A stretch of DNA of 63,502 nucleotides, filler included. It is 4 parts of 4 records of this genome, joined end to end, with 100 filler letters (N's around TTAATTAATTAA, not from the genome) between each part and the next. Parts side by side here need not be neighbours in the genome. Positions count along the whole stretch, not along the records: positions 31,537 to 54,059 come from SRR20825019_512; positions 54,160 to 63,502 come from SRR20825019_513; 2 more parts are not named here. One strand, written 5' to 3'. The notes beneath the pieces are model-generated. The model worked only from the letters and a program-made list of their open reading frames with translations, did not search any database and was not told the origin of the DNA. The position numbers were made by a program, and so were the translations under genes. Below, one piece after another: positions 50,278-63,502 of this stretch; position 1 is the stretch's first letter; every line of letters begins with the position of its first letter.

Positions 50278-51672
50278 TCAGCCGGATTCGCGTTCCAGTT
50301 CGGCAATCAGCTTCTGGTGAATACCGCCAAAACCGCCGTTACTCATAATGACAATATGGCAGGGACCGGATACCTGATCCAGAACCTGGCCGATCAGTTC
50401 CTCAACGCTGGCCCCGACACGATGGCGATCCGGTGTTGCCGACTCGGGACTACGGCCCTCAACTAATGCTGGCAACCAGTCCATGCCATTGAGATTGGCC
50501 CAGAATACCTGATTCGCCGCTGCAGCACTGGGCAGCAGGCTCTCCTGGTGAAAACCTTGCTGCATGGTGTTGGAGCGTGGCTCGATCAGCGCAAGGATGG
50601 TCTCATCGCCCACCTTGTGGCGTAGGCCCTCCAGCGTGGTAGCGATGGCCGTCGGATGATGGGCAAAGTCGTCGTAGACACAGACACCACCAACATCCGC
50701 AAGCAGCTCCATCCTGCGTTTGACGCCCGAAAAGCGGCACAGCGCCGCCACGGCATGGTCCGGGGTAACACCCACATGGCGGGCTGCTGCGATGGCCGCG
50801 AGGGCGTTGCGCACGTTGTGCAGGCCGGTTTGAGACCAACTGACTGAAGCCACCGGCTGTTCGTGGTGCACCACCATGAATCGACTGCCATCCTCAGCCA
50901 ACAGCTCCGCCCGCCAGTCGGCCATATAGGGCACTTCGCTGCCCACAGAGGTAGCCTGCACGCTGCTCCAGCAGCCAAGTTCCAACGCCCGATCAAGATG
51001 GGCATCCAGGGCCGGGCGCACAATCAACCCACGGGACGGCACCGTTCTGACCAGATGATGGAACTGACGCTCGATGGCTTCAACGTTGTCAAAAATATCC
51101 GCGTGATCAAACTCGAGATTGTTGAGGATTAGGGTATGGGGACGATAGTGGACAAACTTGGAGCGCTTATCGAAGAAGGCGCTGTCGTATTCATCGGCCT
51201 CAATAACGAAAAAGTCGCTACTCCCCAACCGTGCCGAAACCGGGAAATCATTGGGGACCCCACCTATCAGATAGCCCGGTTCCAACCCGGCCTGCTCCAG
51301 GATCCACAACAACATGGCGGTTGTGGTGGTTTTGCCGTGGGTCCCGGCAACCGCCAGCACCCAGCGGTGACGCAGAACCTCTCGCGCCAGCCATTCCGGG
51401 CCGGACATGTAATCAATATTCTGGTTAAGAACCGCTTCCACCTCCGGGTTGCCCCGGGACATGGCGTTACCAACCAGAACCAGGTCCGGCTGAGGCTTGA
51501 GGTTGTCAGGATCGTAACCTTCCATTAACCCGATTCCCTGGGCCTCCAACTGGGTACTCATGGGCGGGTAAACCCCCTGATCGGAGCCCGTCACGGTGTG
51601 CCCGAGCTCCCTCGCCAGTACGGCCAGACTGCCCATGAAGGTGCCACAGATTCCCAGGATATGGATGTGCAT
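50278..51672 (-). CDS. mpl: Murein peptide ligase
   Basis: HIHILGICGTFMG, GTHGKTTT, EADEYDSAFFDKRSKF, DDFAHHPTA, EPRSNTM. Confidence 0.97.
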   Translation of the reverse strand: MHIHILGICGTFMGSLAVLARELGHTVTGSDQGVYPPMSTQLEAQGIGLMEGYDPDNLKPQPDLVLVGNAMSRGNPEVEAVLNQNIDYMSGPEWLAREVLRHRWVLAVAGTHGKTTTTAMLLWILEQAGLEPGYLIGGVPNDFPVSARLGSSDFFVIEADEYDSAFFDKRSKFVHYRPHTLILNNLEFDHADIFDNVEAIERQFHHLVRTVPSRGLIVRPALDAHLDRALELGCWSSVQATSVGSEVPYMADWRAELLAEDGSRFMVVHHEQPVASVSWSQTGLHNVRNALAAIAAARHVGVTPDHAVAALCRFSGVKRRMELLADVGGVCVYDDFAHHPTAIATTLEGLRHKVGDETILALIEPRSNTMQQGFHQESLLPSAAAANQVFWANLNGMDWLPALVEGRSPESATPDRHRVGASVEELIGQVLDQVSGPCHIVIMSNGGFGGIHQKLIAELERESG

Positions 51673-51826
51673 TCGGTTATCGACCTCTTAAATGAAACCT
51701 GCAAAGCGTCCCGTATAGAATGCGGGTCGTCAAGCGTTCCTTATGACGTTTGATGTCATGAAAAAAAAAAGCGATTGGCGTATCATCTGCCGCACTTGAT
51801 GAAACTGCAGGAGGCACCAGCCGGAA

Positions 51827-53089
51827 ATGGCCACCAGAAATGCATTCTATGCCCAATCAGGCGGTGTGACCGCCGTCATTAACGCCAGTGCCTGCGGGGT
51901 TATCCAGACCGCCCGCAAGCACCCCGATCAGATCGGTAAGTTGTACGCCGGGCGTAACGGAATCATCGGCGCGCTCAAAGAGGAACTGATTGATACCAGC
52001 CTCGAAAGCGATGAGGATATCCAGGCGCTGATCCACACTCCGGGCGGTGCGTTCGGGTCATGCCGCCATAAACTGAAGAACTTTTCCGAGAATAAACGCG
52101 AGTACGAGCGCCTGATCGAGGTGTTCCGCGCTCACGACATTGGCTATTTCTTCTACAACGGTGGCGGCGATTCCCAGGATACCGCGTACAAGGTGTCCCA
52201 ACTTGCTGAAAAAATGGGCTACCCGATTACCTGCATCGGCGTACCCAAAACGGTGGATAACGACCTGCCCTTCACCGACTGCTGCCCCGGTTTCGGCTCG
52301 GTGGCCAAGTACATCGCCACCTCTACCCTGGAAGCCAGCCTGGACATTCGCTCCATGTGCGACACCTCCACCAAGGTATTCATCCTGGAAGTGATGGGGC
52401 GCCACGCTGGCTGGATCGCGGCGTCTGGTGGCCTTGCCGGGAAAGGCGAAGGCGAGCCGCCTCACGTTATCCTGTTCCCGGAAGTGCCCTTCGAGCGTGA
52501 GCGCTTCCTTGAACGTGTGGATTTCTGCGTCAAGGAGTACGGCTACTGCGTGGTCGTCGCCTCGGAAGGCGCCCAGTATGAAGACGGCCGCTTCCTGGCC
52601 GACGCTGGCGCCAAGGATGCCTTCGGTCATACCCAGCTCGGCGGCGTCGCGCCAGCGCTGGCCAATATGGTGCGCCAGGCCCTGGGCCACAAGTACCATT
52701 GGGCCGTAGCCGATTACCTGCAGCGCAGCGCCCGCCACATTGCGTCCGCTACGGACGTGGAGCAGGCCTACTCCGTAGGCAAGGTGGCCGTGGAAATGGC
52801 GCTGGCAGGTAAACAGGCGCTGATGCCAACGATTGTGCGCGAACAGTCACGCCCCTATCGCTGGCACATTGGTGAGGCGCCGTTGAGCGAGGTCGCCAAC
52901 CAGGAGAAGAAAATGCCGATCCATTACATCACGGATGACGGCTACGGCATCACGCAAGATTGCCGCGACTACCTGGAGCCACTGATTCACGGCGAGAGCT
53001 TCCCGCCGTTCGATGATGGTCTTCCGAGGGTCGCAAAGCTTAAGAATCAGCTGGTCGAGAAAAAACTGAAAGCCGACTTCCAGTTCTAA
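51827..53089 (+). CDS. pfkA: 6-phosphofructokinase (PfkA family, group II/PPi-type possible)
   Basis: QSGGVT, NGGGDS, PKTVDND, EVMGRHAGW. Confidence 0.9.
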   Translation: MATRNAFYAQSGGVTAVINASACGVIQTARKHPDQIGKLYAGRNGIIGALKEELIDTSLESDEDIQALIHTPGGAFGSCRHKLKNFSENKREYERLIEVFRAHDIGYFFYNGGGDSQDTAYKVSQLAEKMGYPITCIGVPKTVDNDLPFTDCCPGFGSVAKYIATSTLEASLDIRSMCDTSTKVFILEVMGRHAGWIAASGGLAGKGEGEPPHVILFPEVPFERERFLERVDFCVKEYGYCVVVASEGAQYEDGRFLADAGAKDAFGHTQLGGVAPALANMVRQALGHKYHWAVADYLQRSARHIASATDVEQAYSVGKVAVEMALAGKQALMPTIVREQSRPYRWHIGEAPLSEVANQEKKMPIHYITDDGYGITQDCRDYLEPLIHGESFPPFDDGLPRVAKLKNQLVEKKLKADFQF

Positions 53090-53102
53090 GCCGCTGACCT
53101 AC

Positions 53103-53143
53103 AAAAAAGGCGCCACCGAATCATCGGCTGGCGCCTTTTTTTT
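53103..53143. terminator. Bidirectional intrinsic terminator
   Basis: AAAAAAGGCGCCA...TGGCGCCTTTTTTTT between convergent pfk and grxA. Confidence 0.88.
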
Positions 53144-53153
53144 GCAGAACCGT

Positions 53154-53405
53154 TTATCCACCGGCAGCTTCAAACCTCTGCACGTACTGCGAGAAATGGT
53201 CGAACCCGCCAACGTGTTCTTCGCCCACAAAGATCTGGGGCACCGTATGTACGGGCTTACCAATGGTTATTTCCAGATCCGCCTTGCTGATGCCTTCCTC
53301 GATCATGTCCACGTAGCGGTAGGGAATATCCCTGATCTCGCAAAGTTGCCGGGCGCGCATACAAAAACCGCAGGATGCACGACCGTAGATGGTGACATGA
53401 TCCAT
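53154..53405 (-). CDS. grxA: Glutaredoxin (GrxA-like)
   Basis: IYGRASCGFC, TVPQIFV, HVGGF. Confidence 0.88.
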   Translation of the reverse strand: MDHVTIYGRASCGFCMRARQLCEIRDIPYRYVDMIEEGISKADLEITIGKPVHTVPQIFVGEEHVGGFDHFSQYVQRFEAAGG

Positions 53406-53590
53406 AAACTCACTCCTGTTCGAAACAATGGGCGACCCTGCGTATTGTGTTGCAGTCGTCGACAAGCTGTACCGTATGGTGGCACGCCCAATGAAAAAAT
53501 AAAATTAATGAACTGAATGGCGCCGATAGCCTGGACTGATGTATCCAGCGCTACCGGTGTTTCTCGGTGCAGCCTTACCTAACCGTGTGT

Positions 53591-54059
53591 TCAGGTTTTC
53601 AGGCGGCTCAACTCCGTCTCCAGCACTTTCACTTGCTCATCCAGTGTCTGCCCGCTGCCACTGACCCGTTGCGCCAATGCCCGAAGATCGTTGGCGGCGT
53701 CACCGATACGGGTGAGGTTGCGGTTGATCTCTTCACTGACGGAACTTTGCTCTTCCGCTGCCGTGGCCACATGGGTGACGTGTTCCACAATGGTTGCTAT
53801 GCGCTCAACTACTGAGGCCAGAGAATGGTCCGCTTCACGGGTTCCCTCCACCGCTCTGGTGGCGCGATCAACGCCACCCTTGATCACGGTAACGGCTCCG
53901 CCCACGTCGCTTTGAAGGCCATCAATCATCTGACTGATCTCATCGGTGGACTCACGGGTACGGGACGCCAGTGTTCTGACCTCGTCTGCCACAACCGCAA
54001 AGCCACGCCCCTGCTCCCCCGCTCGCGCCGCTTCAATGGCGGCGTTCAGCGCCAGCAGG
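53591..54059 (-). CDS. Methyl-accepting chemotaxis protein, C-terminal fragment
   Basis: [34 protein letters not shown]; truncated by the gap. Confidence 0.95.
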
Positions 54060-54159
54060 NNNNNNNNNNNNNNNNNNNNNNNNNNNNNNNNNNNNNNNNN
54101 NNNTTAATTAATTAANNNNNNNNNNNNNNNNNNNNNNNNNNNNNNNNNNNNNNNNNNNN
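54060..54159. other. Artificial contig linker
   Basis: N44-TTAATTAATTAA-N44. Confidence 0.98.
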
Positions 54160-54160
54160 G

Positions 54161-54481
54161 TTTAAAGGTGATGATGTCAATTGGCAAAATACATTTTTAA
54201 CACCGCAAAATGTAACTACTATAAAAAAGAAAATTCCAGATGCTTCTAAAGAATGGCATACATATACTGCCAAACTCAAAAGGGTAGACAACACACACAC
54301 AACAATTACCTATTTTATTGATGGAAAACAGACGGGAGTTCATTACACAGATTTTACTGATAAACCTCTTTGGTTAATTATAAATTTACAGATGGAAGGA
54401 TCTTCAGGGAACGCAAATGGTTTGGAACAAGCTTCCTATTTCAGTAAAAATGTGACTATAAAAAGAATTTCAGCAAAATGA
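54161..54481 (+). CDS. GH16 glycoside hydrolase C-terminal fragment (endo-beta-1,3-galactanase-like)
   Basis: Manual translation, not in the ORF track: FKGDDVNWQNTF...EWHTYTA...YFIDGK...KPLWLIINLQMEGSSG. The stop overlaps the next ATG (ATGA). Confidence 0.75.
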   Translation, partial: FKGDDVNWQNTFLTPQNVTTIKKKIPDASKEWHTYTAKLKRVDNTHTTITYFIDGKQTGVHYTDFTDKPLWLIINLQMEGSSGNANGLEQASYFSKNVTIKRISAK

Positions 54482-55782
54482 ATTCATCATTCTTAACTCT
54501 TCATAAATTAATCGTTTTATTATTAGGTTTTACTTTTATTGGTTGTAACTCTTTAAAAGTGGAAGAATCGGTTGTGGGATTGGGCTGGAGTAATAATTCA
54601 GTAAATACAGTTGTTTTTAGAAATTCTGCTGTGGTGAGCACGAACGAGTATCAATTTACAGCATATTACAATCCTGAGGGTTATTTAATATTAGCAAAGC
54701 GAAGATTAAATAGTAATACATGGAAAATTAAGAAGACTGCCTATAAAGGAAATGTAAAAGATGCTCATAATACCATTAGTATTGCTATGGATGCCGATGG
54801 ATTTTTGCATGTTTCATGGGATCAACACAATACAAAACTTCGCTATGCAAGAAGTAAGTTCCCCTTAGAATTAGAGCTGACAGAGGAATTATCTATGACA
54901 GGGCTTCAGGAAGATAAAGTAACCTATCCTGAGTTTCATAATTTACCAAATGGAAAGTTACTTTTTTGTTATCGGTCGGGAGAATCTGGTCGTGGAAATA
55001 TGGTTATTAATAGCTATGATGTTGAAACTAATAAATGGACACAATTACAAAATAATCTGTTAGATGGAGAAGAGAAAAGGAGCGCCTATTGGCAAACCGC
55101 AATAGATAGTTTAGGAAACATCCATTTGTCTTGGGTATGGAGAGAAACTTGGGATGTATCTTCTAATCATGATATGTGTTATGCCATATCAAGAGATGGT
55201 GGGATAACATGGGAGCAATCAAATGGAAAGAAATACGAGCTTCCAATTACTCAAGAAACGGCAGAAATAGCTTGGGAAATACCTCAAAAAAGTAGCTTAA
55301 TTAATCAAACCTCCATGGTAGTAGACAAAGAGGGAGTTCCATATATTGCTACTTATTGGAATAATGATAAATCTCCTCAATATAAAGTAGTCTATTTAAA
55401 AGATAAACAATGGAAACTTTTAAATACAGATTTTCGTAAAAGTAGTTTTTATTTAGGCGGCGGCGGAACAAAAAGAATTCCTATTTCTCGACCTAAAATT
55501 ATTATAGATTCAGAAAGAATCCATTTATTATTTAGAGATGAAGAAAGAGGAAATAAAATTTTATTAGCTTCCACATTAAAGAATTCAATCCAATGGAATT
55601 TAAAGGAAATTTCTAAAGAGTCTGTTGGACAATGGGAACCCAATTATGATGTAGATTTATGGGAAAAAGAAAAGGTTTTACATATTTTTTCTCAAAAAGT
55701 TACCCAATTAGATGGAGAAGGGGTTTCTGAAACGGAACCACAACTAATAAAAATAATTCAAATAAAAAATATTGCAGACTAA
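54478..55782 (+). CDS. BNR-repeat beta-propeller, PL42/GH145-like (Rha-GlcA lyase/rhamnosidase) lipoprotein
   Basis: SVNTVVFRN, DAHNTIS, TYPEF, YRSGESGRGN, AYWQ, SWVWRETW, LINQTSM, GGGTKRIPISRP, RDEERG, WEP. Confidence 0.8.
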   Translation: MNSSFLTLHKLIVLLLGFTFIGCNSLKVEESVVGLGWSNNSVNTVVFRNSAVVSTNEYQFTAYYNPEGYLILAKRRLNSNTWKIKKTAYKGNVKDAHNTISIAMDADGFLHVSWDQHNTKLRYARSKFPLELELTEELSMTGLQEDKVTYPEFHNLPNGKLLFCYRSGESGRGNMVINSYDVETNKWTQLQNNLLDGEEKRSAYWQTAIDSLGNIHLSWVWRETWDVSSNHDMCYAISRDGGITWEQSNGKKYELPITQETAEIAWEIPQKSSLINQTSMVVDKEGVPYIATYWNNDKSPQYKVVYLKDKQWKLLNTDFRKSSFYLGGGGTKRIPISRPKIIIDSERIHLLFRDEERGNKILLASTLKNSIQWNLKEISKESVGQWEPNYDVDLWEKEKVLHIFSQKVTQLDGEGVSETEPQLIKIIQIKNIAD

Positions 55783-55806
55783 TACTATTAACAACTAAAA
55801 TAAGCC

Positions 55807-57024
55807 ATGAAAAAATTATTATTTACAGTACTTTCTATACTGACTCTTGCTGGATGTAAAGAAAAAACACAAAAAGAAGAAATTGAAAGGGACACCCTTG
55901 ATGTAAAAATAGATTCTACATTTCAAACAGCTGTTAAACAATACAGATACTTAAGTAATCAAGTTACATTAGGTGAATATCCAAAAACTTTTTATAAAGA
56001 TAAAGAAGGACTGGAAACAAGTAATTCAGGTTGGTGGTGTAGTGGTTTTTTTCCTGGAACGTTATTTTATTTAGACGAAGCAGTTGGCGCTCAAGATTTA
56101 AAAGAAGAAGGAGTAGCAATATTAGAAGATTTAAAAAAGGAGCAGTTCAATACCTCTACACACGACCTTGGTTTTATGATGTATTGTAGCTTTGGAAATG
56201 CAGAACGTTTAGCGCCTAAAAAAGAATATGAAGAGATATTGATGAACAGCGCAAAATCGTTATCAACTCGATACAATGATACAGTTCAAGCTATTCGCTC
56301 ATGGAATAGTGCGCCATGGAATAAAGCAGGAGAAGACGACCTAGTGGTTATAATAGATAATATGATGAATCTAGAATTATTATTTTGGGCAACAAAGCAC
56401 AGTGGAGATAGCACATATTATGATATTGCAGTAAACCATGCTAATACAACTATAGAAAATCATTTTAGAAAAGATTATAGCTCTTATCATGAGGTTATTT
56501 ATGATGAGCTTACTGGTAAGGCTAAATTAAAAATTACAAATCAAGGAGCAGCAGATTCTTCAGCTTGGGCTAGAGGACAAGCATGGGGGTTATATGGTTA
56601 TGTGGTAATGTATAGAGAAACTAAAGACAAAAAATACTTAGAACAAGCCAAAAACATTGCAAATTTTTTATTGAACCATCCTAATCTTCCAAAAGATAAG
56701 ATTCCGTATTGGGACTTTAATGCTCCTAAAATACCAAATGCATTGAGAGATTCTTCTGCCGGAGCCATTATAGCTTCAGCATTAATAGAACTTAGTACGT
56801 ATACTACAGGAGAAATTTCTTCTAAATATTTAAACGATGCAAAAGTGATGTTAGAGAGTTTACTTTCATCAGAATATATTGCAGAAGTAGAAACAAATGG
56901 AGGTTTTATATTAAAACACGGGGTGGGTAATATGCCAAATAACACAGAGGTAGACACTCCGCTTTCTTATGGAGATTATTACTTAATTGAAGCAATGTTG
57001 AGATATAAAGAATTAAATAAATAA
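55807..57024 (+). CDS. GH88 unsaturated glucuronyl hydrolase (lipoprotein)
   Basis: WCSGFFPG, THDLGF, IIDNMMNL, AWARGQAW, DSSAGAI, YGDYY. Confidence 0.93.
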   Translation: MKKLLFTVLSILTLAGCKEKTQKEEIERDTLDVKIDSTFQTAVKQYRYLSNQVTLGEYPKTFYKDKEGLETSNSGWWCSGFFPGTLFYLDEAVGAQDLKEEGVAILEDLKKEQFNTSTHDLGFMMYCSFGNAERLAPKKEYEEILMNSAKSLSTRYNDTVQAIRSWNSAPWNKAGEDDLVVIIDNMMNLELLFWATKHSGDSTYYDIAVNHANTTIENHFRKDYSSYHEVIYDELTGKAKLKITNQGAADSSAWARGQAWGLYGYVVMYRETKDKKYLEQAKNIANFLLNHPNLPKDKIPYWDFNAPKIPNALRDSSAGAIIASALIELSTYTTGEISSKYLNDAKVMLESLLSSEYIAEVETNGGFILKHGVGNMPNNTEVDTPLSYGDYYLIEAMLRYKELNK

Positions 57025-61492
<4,468 letters not shown>

Positions 61493-61512
61493 TTTTTAGA
61501 CTTAATTATAAA

Positions 61513-63417
61513 ATGCAAATCATGATAAAATACCTTTTTAGTATGCTGTCGTTACTTTTTACCTGTATTACATTTGCTCAGGGAAAGCATCAAATTTTGG
61601 AAAAGGATTACAAAGCATATTTGTTTACATATTTCACTGGAAATAATGTGGAAGATGAAGCTATTCATTTTGCCATTAGCCCAGACGGATATAATTATTA
61701 TGCCCTAAATAATAATAAACCAGTATTAAACTCTAAAGAAATAAGTTCTACGGGAGGAGTTAGAGATCCGCATATTTTAAGGAGCGAAGATGGGAGTTAT
61801 TTTTATATGGTAGTAACAGATATGACTTCATACAAAGGATGGAGTTCCAATCGAGCTATGGTATTGTTGAAGTCTAAAGATCTTATAAACTGGACTTCTA
61901 ATGTGGTAAATATTCAAGAACGTTTTTCTGGTAATGAAGACTTGAAACGTGTTTGGGCACCTCAAACTATATATGATAAAGAAGCTGAAAAATACATGGT
62001 TTATTTCTCAATGAAACACGGAGATCAGTCAGACATCATTTATTATGCATATGCAAATAAAGATTTCACCGATTTAGAAACAAGACCAAAACCTTTATTT
62101 ATTCCAACCTCAAAAAAAGCATGTATAGATGGAGATATTGTTTTAAAAGATGGAGTATATCATTTGTTTTATAAAACTGAAACAGATAAACCTGGGATAA
62201 AAGTAGCTACCACTACAAATCTAACTTCAGGAGAATGGAAGGAAAAAGAAGGATATCTCCAACAAACAAAGGAAAGTGTGGAAGGATCGTCTGTTTTTAA
62301 AATGAAAAACTCTGAGCAGTATATTTTGATGTATGATGTATATATGAAGGGAGCATACCAGTTTACCAAAAGCAACGATTTAGAAAACTTTGAAGTGATT
62401 GATGAAGAAATTTCGATGAATTTTTCTCCAAGACATGGAACGGTAATTCCTATAACTAACAAAGAATTAAAAAGTTTAATAAATAAATGGGGGAGTCCTG
62501 TTGATTATCCTTCACTAGACAATAATCCTGTTTTAGAAGGCTATTATGCCGATCCTGAAATTATATATTCTCATAAAACTGGAAAGTATTATTTATATCC
62601 AACTTCCGATGGATTTGATCATTGGAGCGGAGATTATTTTGAAACTTTCTCTTCTATAGATTTAAAGGAATGGAAAAATGAAGGTACAATTCTCGACTTA
62701 AAAAAGGATGTAAGCTGGGCAGATAGAAATGCTTGGGCACCATGTATTATTGAGAAAAAGATAAAAGGAACTTATAAATATTTCTATTACTTTACCGCTG
62801 CCCAAAAAATTGGAGTTGCAGTTTCAGATAATCCAGAAGGACCATTTGTAGATAGTGGAAAGGCGTTAATAGACTCTCAACCAGCTGGAACAAAAGGTGG
62901 GCAGGAAATAGACCCTGATATTTTTGAAGACCCAGTAAGTGGTAAAAATTATTTGTATTGGGGAAATGGGCATATGGCTTGTGTTGAGTTAAATAAAGAT
63001 ATGGTTTCTATTAAAGAGAACACTTTGAAAATTTTAAATCCTGGAAATACTTTTAGAGAAGGAACAGAAGTTTTTTATAGAAATGGAACTTATTATTTTA
63101 TGTGGAGTGAAGACGATACTAGAAGCCCTAATTACAGAGTTAGGTATGCTACATCTAGTAGTCCCGCAGGACCATTAGATATTCCAGAAAACAATTTAAT
63201 TTTAGAGAAAAGACCTGAAGAAGGAATTTATGGTACAGGTCACAATTCTGTAATAAGAGTTCCAGAAACAGATGAATGGTATATTGTTTATCATCGTTTT
63301 TCAAGGCCTAATGGTATTTTAATGGGAGATGCTGCAGGTTACCATCGGGAAGTTTGTATTGATAAACTTAAATTTAACGATAAAGGAGAGATACTACCTA
63401 TTATTCCTACTCTTTAA
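61513..63417 (+). CDS. Two-domain GH43-like five-bladed propeller glycosidase
   Basis: Domain 1: YFTGN, GVRDP, WAPQ, IDGD, EG. Domain 2: YADPE, WAP, IDP, EG, GTGHNSV. Confidence 0.88.
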   Translation: MQIMIKYLFSMLSLLFTCITFAQGKHQILEKDYKAYLFTYFTGNNVEDEAIHFAISPDGYNYYALNNNKPVLNSKEISSTGGVRDPHILRSEDGSYFYMVVTDMTSYKGWSSNRAMVLLKSKDLINWTSNVVNIQERFSGNEDLKRVWAPQTIYDKEAEKYMVYFSMKHGDQSDIIYYAYANKDFTDLETRPKPLFIPTSKKACIDGDIVLKDGVYHLFYKTETDKPGIKVATTTNLTSGEWKEKEGYLQQTKESVEGSSVFKMKNSEQYILMYDVYMKGAYQFTKSNDLENFEVIDEEISMNFSPRHGTVIPITNKELKSLINKWGSPVDYPSLDNNPVLEGYYADPEIIYSHKTGKYYLYPTSDGFDHWSGDYFETFSSIDLKEWKNEGTILDLKKDVSWADRNAWAPCIIEKKIKGTYKYFYYFTAAQKIGVAVSDNPEGPFVDSGKALIDSQPAGTKGGQEIDPDIFEDPVSGKNYLYWGNGHMACVELNKDMVSIKENTLKILNPGNTFREGTEVFYRNGTYYFMWSEDDTRSPNYRVRYATSSSPAGPLDIPENNLILEKRPEEGIYGTGHNSVIRVPETDEWYIVYHRFSRPNGILMGDAAGYHREVCIDKLKFNDKGEILPIIPTL

Positions 63418-63502
63418 AGGTTTATTAAATACTCCTGAATGCCTTGTAGGCTTGCCTTGAGGTAGTTGATTTACTTATTTTATGATAGTTAAGATTTAGT
63501 CT

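Noticed and set aside
63428-63475. Possible REP or IS end after GH43 (GGCTTGCCTTGAGGTAGTTGATTT)
   Set aside because: Single imperfect copy at the window edge; insufficient evidence.

Overview
The window is not one locus. It is four contigs joined by artificial N44-TTAATTAATTAA-N44 spacers (25969-26068, 31437-31536, 54060-54159). Contigs 1 (1-25968) and 2 (26069-31436) are GC-rich and Verrucomicrobia/Opitutaceae-like, and share a repeat family, so they are probably one organism. They carry a sulfatase plus an L-galactose/L-fucose-type catabolic operon, two tandem orphan paralogs, an M50 protease, an NtrC-type regulator, a BNR-SGNH fusion, DTW, MFS, NagA-like, pilin, serine hydrolase, orphan ParB-like, FKBP, NERD, nuoB-G and tRNA-Ser. 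Contig 3 (31537-54059) is Marinobacter-like housekeeping DNA (ylqF, fabB, alr-dnaB-rplI-rpsR-rpsF, rlmB-rnr, tRNA-Leu, ubiX-mpl, pfk, grxA, MCP). Contig 4 (54160-63502) is an AT-rich Flavobacteriaceae-like polysaccharide locus (GH16, PL42/GH145, GH88, GH2, GH27, GH43) that points to type II arabinogalactan. The most unusual signal is non-coding. Many intergenic spaces of contigs 1-2 are packed with several families of degenerate 7- to 9-nt tandem arrays. These mostly follow one polarity rule: one strand just after stop codons, the complementary strand just before start codons. They are interleaved with GTAG-type REP palindromes, a twice-repeated 41-nt motif, a roughly 150-nt multi-hairpin element and an unannotated 52-aa ORF. 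Taxonomic and family calls come from motif recognition only; no searches were run.
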